NCBI GenBank assembly: GCA_017628875.1
Contig: JAGBYG010000017.1
Coordinates: 14,622-78,621, forward strand
DNA from: Clostridia bacterium
GTDB taxonomy: Bacteria; Bacillota; Clostridia; Oscillospirales; CAG-272
Direction: 5' to 3'
DNA: 64,000 nucleotides
A program made the translations under genes and the position numbers. Of this stretch, positions 39,450 to 47,310 are shown in pieces (the first letter of the stretch is position 1; the number at the start of each line of letters is the position of its first letter). The notes beneath the pieces were generated by a model. It was given only the letters and a program-made list of their open reading frames with translations, did not search any database and was not told the DNA's origin.

Positions 39450-41538
39450 CTGTCATTCCTCCTATGTACATACAATATGTGAGATTATATTTTTCAAAAA
39501 GTGCTTTTTGCATCTCACATTTTTCTTTAACACTTTGAATCTTCTCTTTGAAATCGTTAATAATAGTTTTAGCTTCATTAACCAGAGTGTCATCAATTGC
39601 ATATTTCGGGTTGTCTATGACAGCAAGAATAACGTCTTTGTTATGTCTCTCCCAATAAGAGTTCCTTGACTCGTTAAAAACAACCTCTTTATCCTCAGTT
39701 TCCATTTTGGCAATGGTAGCGTTGGCTTCGCTAATTATTTCAAGCTCGTTTGCAATTTCCATTTTCTCGTCTTCCAAAATATCCATTTCAAAAACAGAAA
39801 TTTTACCACTCACAACCATCTCGGTAAGCTTTTTGATATCCTCTGGATTCTTATCGGCAAGCTTTTTGTTTTTAATAATATATTCATGTCTTAATTCAGT
39901 CAATTTTCTTATGATATCGAGCTTTTTAGAACGCAATCCGTTAAAGAAATGGAACAATTCATCCATTTTTTTCTCGCAATCTTCAATAAGCTGGAATGCA
40001 ATTTCATCGTAATCATCGAATGATGTTGGTAAGCCGATTTCTCCCACATCATTCAAAAGCATCGTTAAAGTAGTAACAGTGGCATCAAACTCGGTTTTGT
40101 ATCTTTGAATACGAGATATATAGTCATCTGCCGTTGCTTGATATTTGTTTTCCACACCATCGATTCTTGATAAACTAAATTTTTCAACTAAAGTATAGTT
40201 GGAATCAATAAATGTTTTAAACTTTATATAATTAGCCGCAATAACGTCAGAAATCGCTATAACTGCTGCATCAATGCGTTGCTTTTCAGAAGAAATCTTA
40301 TTATTGATTGCATTAATTCTATCCAAATATGGTGCATACTTGCCTTCTTTAATGTAATCAGAGCAATAATCTATAACTCCCTGCTCAGACGAAAACTTTT
40401 CTTTTAAAGATGCCAATTTGCTTGGGAATGTACGCTCATACTCTTCATACGCGGAAATGTAATCAACATCAAGCAAATCACTCATTCCATCAAAATATTC
40501 TGCATTCAAAACACTCATACGGTTGAGACAAGCTGCCTTAAAATCTTCAAACGATTCATAGCCAAATATCTTCATAGCAATTGTACTACTATCATCGTGG
40601 CGTCCATAATCCAAAAAGAACGAGGTCAAATATTCACTCATTTTCTCTGTGTCGTCTGAAGAAATAGCTCCTTCAAGAATTGTTTTCTCAAACGCCAACT
40701 GTGATATAAATTTGCCGGAATCAAAGCATCCGTCACTTGCATTGAACAGCACGCAGGGCTTTTCAAAGCTAAAGTAGTCACATCTTATATCAAACTCCGC
40801 ATTATCGTTCGCCTTGATATAATTTGTCATACCGCCATCTTTGCCTTCTTGATCTTCCAAAACCTGACACAAGCCATTTTTCTCTGACCAAACATAGGGG
40901 CGAGAGTCGCCCGCAGTAAGATAAATAGCTTCAACACTATTTTCCTGTTCAAGATAAATTGTAGCGCAAATAGTGCTTCCAAGCAAAGCAAGACCGGAAT
41001 AAGAAGACTCATAAATCAAATTTGCATTTTTTGCAATATGCTGAATCTTAGTTTGAATAAGCTCCTTAAAGTGCTTGCCCAATGTAGCCACATAAGATTT
41101 TTTCGCTTCTTCGTTTTCACACTCGAATAACGTTGAAAAAACTTTTTCAGCATTACAATTCTCGCTATAAAGCATTTCGTGGAGAATTATGGCAGTTACT
41201 ATTCTCGAAGCAAAATAGCCACTCTTCTTAATGTTATTGATATTATCTGTATAACAATCCTTTACGGCAAAAAGCTCAAAAAACGACTCCTTGACATAAT
41301 TCACAAACACTTCATTGCTGTAGTCTTCATAGACCCCGGCAAAAAGAGCATCCATCAACTTTTCGCTGTCAAATAATTCGGGAACGATTTTCTGATGGCG
41401 AATTGCGGCAGCACCACCCAATCCATCAGCAACAAAAATAATCTGTCCATCCACATACGGACGTGCGTCCTCTCCTTTATAAACAATAGTTCCATCAGCA
41501 CGAGTTTTTGATGATTGTCTGTAAACAGTTAATTCCAT
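39430..41538 (-). CDS. PP2C-family protein phosphatase with about 370-aa C-terminal coiled-coil region
   Basis: IFVADGLGGAAA, LTAGDSRPYVW and LFNASDGCFD motifs. The C-terminal half is heptad-rich and low in complexity. Confidence 0.8.
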   Translation of the reverse strand: MELTVYRQSSKTRADGTIVYKGEDARPYVDGQIIFVADGLGGAAAIRHQKIVPELFDSEKLMDALFAGVYEDYSNEVFVNYVKESFFELFAVKDCYTDNINNIKKSGYFASRIVTAIILHEMLYSENCNAEKVFSTLFECENEEAKKSYVATLGKHFKELIQTKIQHIAKNANLIYESSYSGLALLGSTICATIYLEQENSVEAIYLTAGDSRPYVWSEKNGLCQVLEDQEGKDGGMTNYIKANDNAEFDIRCDYFSFEKPCVLFNASDGCFDSGKFISQLAFEKTILEGAISSDDTEKMSEYLTSFFLDYGRHDDSSTIAMKIFGYESFEDFKAACLNRMSVLNAEYFDGMSDLLDVDYISAYEEYERTFPSKLASLKEKFSSEQGVIDYCSDYIKEGKYAPYLDRINAINNKISSEKQRIDAAVIAISDVIAANYIKFKTFIDSNYTLVEKFSLSRIDGVENKYQATADDYISRIQRYKTEFDATVTTLTMLLNDVGEIGLPTSFDDYDEIAFQLIEDCEKKMDELFHFFNGLRSKKLDIIRKLTELRHEYIIKNKKLADKNPEDIKKLTEMVVSGKISVFEMDILEDEKMEIANELEIISEANATIAKMETEDKEVVFNESRNSYWERHNKDVILAVIDNPKYAIDDTLVNEAKTIINDFKEKIQSVKEKCEMQKALFEKYNLTYCMYIGGMTDDDTRI

Positions 41539-41611
41539 AAATTTCTCCTTTTATATTAATGGTTAAAAAAACACACAATACATATTGTATATTTTTTTAA
41601 TACCTAATTCT

Positions 41612-41654
41612 GTAAAATACAAAGCGGGGCAGATGCGCAAATGCATCTGCCCCG
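41612..41654 (-). terminator. Rho-independent terminator between vWA gene and PP2C gene
   Basis: 12-bp GC-rich stem, CGGGGCAGATGC (41625-41636) with GCATCTGCCCCG (41643-41654), followed on the minus strand by CTTTGTATTTTAC. Confidence 0.75.
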
Positions 41655-41662
41655 GCCTACTC

Positions 41663-42349
41663 TTAGAACGATCCGACCATCAGATCAATTGCGGATTGAA
41701 TATCAACATCTTCAAGACCGGTTCCTGCGGGAGAAAATGCAGGCCAGTATCTATTCCATGTGGTAATTTCCGTCCAAGGTTCCGCATTAGGAACAAAAGC
41801 AATGAGTCTTCCTGCTTTTGCCTGATATGTGCTGCTGAGTGTCTGATCTGTGCATTCCCACCAAGCGCCAAGCTGCGCGATATCTGCAGGCATACCTGCG
41901 GGATAAGATGCAGAGCCTGCACGCTCACCCAAAGGAAGTGCGGGAGCGTCAGAGAACATAAGGATCGCATGACGACGTCTGGAACCACCAGTGGTCCAAT
42001 CAGACTTAAGTGCAAGCGCAATAGCTTCAAGTGCATTTTCAGGGCGATCCCCACCACCTCTAGCTTCAATACTATTTACAAAAGCATTAAATTCTTCGTT
42101 CTGATCAGGAAGCATAAAGAACTGTGATTCAGTCATAGGCTCAGCATCACAACCATAATCTCTAAAAGAAATAACCTTAATTCTAAGCTGTGCTACCTCT
42201 TTGTCGTTTTCTTCCATTGCATCGAGGAATCTCTGGTAAAACGACATAGCGTTGCCCTTAACCTCGTCGATGATTGGTGACATACTAGCTGTAGCATCAA
42301 TACACATTACGATGTCAACATAATATTCACCCATTTGCTGTCCACTCAT
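41663..42349 (-). CDS. vWA-domain protein (TerY-like context), paralog B
   Basis: VDIVMCIDATASM (MIDAS-like DxTxS). Start moved to ATG 42349 behind a GGAGGAA RBS. 228 aa. Confidence 0.8.
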   Translation of the reverse strand: MSGQQMGEYYVDIVMCIDATASMSPIIDEVKGNAMSFYQRFLDAMEENDKEVAQLRIKVISFRDYGCDAEPMTESQFFMLPDQNEEFNAFVNSIEARGGGDRPENALEAIALALKSDWTTGGSRRRHAILMFSDAPALPLGERAGSASYPAGMPADIAQLGAWWECTDQTLSSTYQAKAGRLIAFVPNAEPWTEITTWNRYWPAFSPAGTGLEDVDIQSAIDLMVGSF

Positions 42350-42383
42350 TTTTATTTCCTCCATAATAAATAATTTTTTTGTT

Positions 42384-43070
42384 TTAAAAAGATCCAACCA
42401 TTAAATCAATGGCAGATTGAATATCAACATCCGGCAAACCTGTTCCTGCAGGAGAGAACGCAGGCCAATAACGATTCCAAGCTTGAAGCTCTGTCCAAGG
42501 CTCTGCATTAGGTACAAAAGCAACCAACCTTCCCGCTTTTCGCTGATAGGTACTTTCGAGTGTTTGGTCAGTTCCCTCCCACCAAGAACCAAGCTGCGCG
42601 ATTGTATTTGGCAGATTTGTTGGATAATTTGGGCAATCAGCCCTTTCGCCAAGCGCCAATGCAGGTGCATCAGAGAATACTAAGATGGCGTGACGTCTCT
42701 TAGCTCCCGAGGTTGTCCACTTTGATTTAAGTGCCAAAGCAATAGCTTCAAGAGCATTTTCAGGTCCATCTCCTCCACCGCAAGCTTCTATACCTGCAAC
42801 AAAGTTTCTAAATGCTGTGTTCTGATCCGGAAGGACAAAGAATTCAGATTCTACCATAGGTTCAGAATCACATATGTAATCTCTGAAAACTATAACCTTG
42901 ATTCTCAACTCGGAAACTTCCTTATCATTTTCTTCCATAGCATCTATAAACTTTTGATAAAACGACATAGCGTTGTTTTTTACTTCATCGATAATAGGAG
43001 CCATACTGCCAGTTGCATCGATACACATAACGATGTCAACACAATATTCTCCCATTCCTTGACCGTTCAT
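42384..43070 (-). CDS. vWA-domain protein (TerY-like context), paralog A
   Basis: VDIVMCIDATGSM. Start moved to ATG 43070 behind a CAGGAGGTG RBS. 228 aa, colinear with paralog B. Confidence 0.8.
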   Translation of the reverse strand: MNGQGMGEYCVDIVMCIDATGSMAPIIDEVKNNAMSFYQKFIDAMEENDKEVSELRIKVIVFRDYICDSEPMVESEFFVLPDQNTAFRNFVAGIEACGGGDGPENALEAIALALKSKWTTSGAKRRHAILVFSDAPALALGERADCPNYPTNLPNTIAQLGSWWEGTDQTLESTYQRKAGRLVAFVPNAEPWTELQAWNRYWPAFSPAGTGLPDVDIQSAIDLMVGSF

Positions 43071-43125
43071 ATTTTCACCTCCTGTCAACAATGACATTGA
43101 CATTTGTGTTCAAAATCTGAACCAA

Positions 43126-43605
43126 TTAAGCGTTTTCCTGCTCAAGGAACTGCTGAACAGTCATCATTCCTTTAGCAAGCATAAAGAATTTATCGTTATA
43201 CTGATCAACGGTAGAAGCAGCTACCATAATCATATATTCAAACAAATCTTCGCTAAGTGTGCTCTCTCGATAACTGGATGTCATTCTAAATATGATTTCA
43301 CCGTCTCTCAAATCATAATCGAAAGAACCGTCAACAAGACCATAGTTTGCAGCACATACTGCAATTGCTCCATCAACGCGCTTGTCCTCGGGCATATTGA
43401 AAGGCAACATTGAGATAAACTGAACTACTTCGTTTCTGGGCTTTACTACCATAATAAACTCCACCGGAAGGTCGTCACCCTTGATGCCGCTCTTGATAAG
43501 GAGTTTTTCTTCGTGCTTTTCATATTTCCAATCACGAGTATCTAACATTGTAACAAGGACGTCAAATACCTCTTTTGCTTTCTGCATGTTCATTTCTTCT
43601 GTCAT
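43126..43605 (-). CDS. YbjN-like (type III secretion chaperone-like fold) small protein
   Basis: DTRDWKYEKHEEKLLIKSGIKGDDLPVEFIMVVKP...VQFISMLPF...DGSFDYDLRDGEIIFRMTSSY resembles the YbjN family. Start moved to ATG 43605 (GGAGGAAG RBS). Confidence 0.5.
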   Translation of the reverse strand: MTEEMNMQKAKEVFDVLVTMLDTRDWKYEKHEEKLLIKSGIKGDDLPVEFIMVVKPRNEVVQFISMLPFNMPEDKRVDGAIAVCAANYGLVDGSFDYDLRDGEIIFRMTSSYRESTLSEDLFEYMIMVAASTVDQYNDKFFMLAKGMMTVQQFLEQENA

Positions 43606-43654
43606 TTTTTCTTCCTCCAAAAAAATATTAATAACTGGTCTAACCAAATTATTT

Positions 43655-46600
43655 TTAGTTTGTTTCCGTGTTTACCACGGTTCTGTTAAAGATGTCATCA
43701 ATCTCATTTTCTTTGAGATGATTCTTCTCCGTCAAGGCATCTACCATTGTATCAATGGCACACTTGTTTGCCTCGATAATATTAATTGCTTTAGTAAGCT
43801 CTTCATTGAGCATCGAATTTACCTTGTCGCGAAGACCCTGATTCATATCTCCCTTTATCGTACCGACGTCAATGTATGACATTCCAATGGTTTGATCCAT
43901 TCCATAATTGCAAATCATCTGCTCAGCAATCTTGGTCGCTGAATACAAATCTCCGCTGGCTCCGGTAGATATTCCATCTTCCGCGCCGTAGTATACGATT
44001 TCAGAAGCACGACCGCCAAGTGATGTGCGAATTTTGCTGAGGAGCTCGGATTTAGTGTACAATCCCTTCCCTTCAGAATCACCGTGCTGCATATATCCTC
44101 CATGATCACCGCGTGCAACGATAGTCAAATATGAGGGCTTTTCTCCGCTCAACCAACAGATCAATGCATGACCCGCTTCGTGACGAGCAGTACGCATTAA
44201 TGTATCAGGATTCCACTCCTTCTTCTCGCCGCCATTAAACGTTTCAAATGCCTCTTCAAACTCAGCATCACTTACTATACCCGTTTCAGATCGAATAGCA
44301 CTTCTCAACGCCATTTCAAACACCGATTCAAGCTGTGCCAAGCTCATTCCGGTTGAACGCAAAGCTATATTATTCAACTGCTCGGGGCTGAGTTTAACCG
44401 ATGGATGCTTACTAACTTTCATTTCAAGGTAGCGCTTGCGTTCATCTTTGTTTGGAAGATCCACATAAATTCTACGGTCGAATCTTCTCAACAGCGCAGC
44501 ATCTAAGCTCTTTCCTCTTTCGGAATCAACGCCATAATTAGTTGCGGCAAGAACAAACACAGGTTTTGAAGTATCTGTATTAAATCCATCCATTTCAGTT
44601 AAGAAAGATGTCAGGACATCACTGGTATGATCTTCCGATCCCAACATATTTCTATCCTTTCCGATGGCATCTATTTCATCAATAAATACAATGGACGGTG
44701 CATACTTACGAGCCGCATTAAATAACGAGTGAACTGCTTCGGCTCCTTCTCCCACAAATCGTTTTAAAAATTCGTTGCCTTCAGCTTTCAAGAACGTAAC
44801 TCCCGATTCTCCTGCCATTGCTTTTGCAAGAAGCGTTTTACCGGTTCCGGGAGGTCCGTAAAGAAGAACGCCCTTGGGACTTCGAACACCCTTGCGCATA
44901 TACTTAATCGGATTTTTTAAGTACTCCACAAAATATTTCAACTCTTGCTTAGCATCTTCAGCACCGATCACATCGTCAAAATGAAGATCGGGTTTTGATA
45001 CGTTATCCAAAATACTCTTGGAATCATCCGCATCCGTAACCAAGCCCAAACGAAAATCAAACAAATTAATATTCGCAGTTTTTTTATTCTTGGACATTGT
45101 TTGAGATGTCTTATAAGATAATGCCTTATTCTCACGCGCTAATTTTAACATATGGGCGCGTTGGTGTGCCACCTTACATTTTGCAATAACCTGCTTTGGA
45201 AAAGCATTGTTCTTAGCATTGGCTGTAAGCACATCCCTAACACCCAATTTTGCAAAAGAAAGAAATTCTTCTTGGCTGATATCATCCTCTTTAGATTGAA
45301 TGATATAAACCGGTAACGAATATTTCTCTAACACATAATTCAAGAAATCGTGTCCCACAGAATCTATATCTTCTGCATTTAATACGTTAATATCGGTATC
45401 CTTAAGACCACAGTTCACATCACAAAGAACAATACTAATATCATAATTGAACAAAATCTCTTTTGCATCGTGTATACTTTCTGCAAAGTGGCACGTTACT
45501 TGTCCACCAAGCTTTTGTTCACAAACACTTGCTATTTCTCCACTCGCAAACACCAAAACCTCGGGCTTTGAAGGATTTTCAAACATAGCAGCAACGTTAT
45601 CGTCAAGACCATTTAGAGGAATGTTAATGTTAATCTGCTCCAATCCCTCAACAATACCTGCGCCTTTTTGCGAGGATAAAAGTCTAAAGAGCTCATAGAG
45701 TTCTTCATAGAAAAACGCATTTGCTCTTCCTTTTACTGTTCGAGCATCCGCCTTTCCACCCTCAGAAAACATAATAGCGCTTGGAACCTTATCATCGACG
45801 TTAATTTTTATTCCCGTTGATTCTTCAAGCCCCTTAATATTATTATCAAGCTCTTTTTTTGCGATTGTATACAAATTACTTGCTTCTAAGTGGTTAAACA
45901 TAACCACATTTCCGGAAGCAAAACGAGAACAAATTGCCGGAGGGAACAAAGGAGCATTGGTTCTGGGATTAAGGTCCGACGCCAAGGCCTTTAAAACCTT
46001 CTTTCTCGGAACAGCAGAAAGATTCACAATAGAAGGATCCTCATACAAGTTTCTTCCAACGTTGGTTGTAATAATAATAACCGCATTGGAAAATGACACT
46101 TCTTCATTTGTATAATTATCGCGCAAGCGACCTGCATCAAGTATTTGCAAGAACAGATGAATAACGGTCAAATTGGCCTTTTCAATTTCATCGAAAAGCA
46201 AAACACAATCAGGATTATTGGCAACAAATCCCGTAACGTTACCCGGTTTACACGCTTTATAACTCTTATCCGTACCACAGAATTCAAAAGTAGACTGCTC
46301 GTTTGAGTATTCGCTCATATCAAATCGCTTGTAGGGCAATTTTAAAGCTTCCGCTACCTTTTCTGCCAAGAAAGTTTTTCCCACTCCGGGAGGGCCCGCA
46401 AACAAAAATGTTGCCTGCGGTTTTTTTGTTCCTTTACGTGAGCACGCCATAAGTCTTGACTGAAAATATCCTGATACAAACGTATTCACAGCTTGATCCT
46501 GTCCAAATACATTTTCAAGCAACATATTTTGAATGTCTCGAGTGGATTGAACAATGTTTGATATTTTCTGAATTCCAACCACCTCTTCTAATGCTTGTGA

Positions 46601-47140
46601 TCCGTCAGCATTGTCGGCGAGAGAGTCTGTACCATCCAACCAAGACTGCAAATCTGCAATCCATTTTTCCTCATCGGAGGCAGATTTATCCTTTTCACTT
46701 TTTTGAGCTGGCTGTGTCAAAATATGCTTATTAATCGAAACCGTTGGCTCTGCAATAATCAATTCAAGATATAAAACGGTATCAATGGTATCTCGTCCGT
46801 TTTTCTTCGCTTGTTGTTCGGCATTCTGAGGAATTTTTCCGAACATAAGCTCATCCATAAAAGAACTGTATCCTGCAGAGATTACATCTCCGGAGATGGC
46901 TTCTATTACCTTGCTTTTGTTTATGTTGTATTTCTTCAGCAACTCACATACGGCTGCCAATTCTTTTTTTGATTCTTCACTGTCTATTTCGCTGGGAATT
47001 TTATTGCTGTCTATCTCGCTAATCGTTTTCAACACCGAAATAATGAAATAGTTTGCAGATAATGCTTTTTTACCGTCATTTTTTCTCAATGTCTCTGCGC
47101 ACGCAATCAAATATTCAAGCAAGCAACTTTTTTTAATCAT
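43655..47140 (-). CDS. Soluble multi-domain AAA+ protease: Clp-N-like region + ClpB/ClpA D2-type AAA + receiver-like domain + FtsH-type AAA + M41 metalloprotease
   Basis: VFGQDQAV...FLFAGPPGVGKTFLAE...RFDMSEY...VLLFDEIEKA...LQILDAGRLRD (AAA_2). VLVFASGE...IVLCDVNCG...VYIIQSKED (REC-like). LLYGPPGTGKTLLAKAMAGE...IVFIDEIDAIG...ATN...LLRRFDRR (FtsH AAA). ARHEAGHALI (HEXXH at 44166-44186). No TM helices. Confidence 0.85.
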   Translation of the reverse strand: MIKKSCLLEYLIACAETLRKNDGKKALSANYFIISVLKTISEIDSNKIPSEIDSEESKKELAAVCELLKKYNINKSKVIEAISGDVISAGYSSFMDELMFGKIPQNAEQQAKKNGRDTIDTVLYLELIIAEPTVSINKHILTQPAQKSEKDKSASDEEKWIADLQSWLDGTDSLADNADGSQALEEVVGIQKISNIVQSTRDIQNMLLENVFGQDQAVNTFVSGYFQSRLMACSRKGTKKPQATFLFAGPPGVGKTFLAEKVAEALKLPYKRFDMSEYSNEQSTFEFCGTDKSYKACKPGNVTGFVANNPDCVLLFDEIEKANLTVIHLFLQILDAGRLRDNYTNEEVSFSNAVIIITTNVGRNLYEDPSIVNLSAVPRKKVLKALASDLNPRTNAPLFPPAICSRFASGNVVMFNHLEASNLYTIAKKELDNNIKGLEESTGIKINVDDKVPSAIMFSEGGKADARTVKGRANAFFYEELYELFRLLSSQKGAGIVEGLEQININIPLNGLDDNVAAMFENPSKPEVLVFASGEIASVCEQKLGGQVTCHFAESIHDAKEILFNYDISIVLCDVNCGLKDTDINVLNAEDIDSVGHDFLNYVLEKYSLPVYIIQSKEDDISQEEFLSFAKLGVRDVLTANAKNNAFPKQVIAKCKVAHQRAHMLKLARENKALSYKTSQTMSKNKKTANINLFDFRLGLVTDADDSKSILDNVSKPDLHFDDVIGAEDAKQELKYFVEYLKNPIKYMRKGVRSPKGVLLYGPPGTGKTLLAKAMAGESGVTFLKAEGNEFLKRFVGEGAEAVHSLFNAARKYAPSIVFIDEIDAIGKDRNMLGSEDHTSDVLTSFLTEMDGFNTDTSKPVFVLAATNYGVDSERGKSLDAALLRRFDRRIYVDLPNKDERKRYLEMKVSKHPSVKLSPEQLNNIALRSTGMSLAQLESVFEMALRSAIRSETGIVSDAEFEEAFETFNGGEKKEWNPDTLMRTARHEAGHALICWLSGEKPSYLTIVARGDHGGYMQHGDSEGKGLYTKSELLSKIRTSLGGRASEIVYYGAEDGISTGASGDLYSATKIAEQMICNYGMDQTIGMSYIDVGTIKGDMNQGLRDKVNSMLNEELTKAINIIEANKCAIDTMVDALTEKNHLKENEIDDIFNRTVVNTETN

Positions 47141-47310
47141 AAAACAAATATCCTTTCGGGGTTTTGTTTATAGGGTCAAATCTATGAATTACCTGACACT
47201 AATAACTGAACATTTATAGTGTACTACACTTTACGACTTTTGTCAACAAATTTAGCCATTATTATTTGGCAATATTGATTATATTGGGACAAAAATCCAA
47301 CTATTTTTTG

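Noticed and set aside
41585-42127. ORFs 41585-42127 (+) and 41680-42069 (-), which overlap the vWA gene.
   Set aside because: They are alternative-frame shadows of the well-supported vWA coding frame. The plus-strand ORF would also run through the terminator hairpin at 41625-41654.
43071-43125. TGTCAA/TTGACA 6-bp inverted repeat between the YbjN-like and vWA genes.
   Set aside because: It is too short to distinguish from chance in AT-rich intergenic DNA. The TTGACA overlaps the RBS region rather than a plausible promoter.
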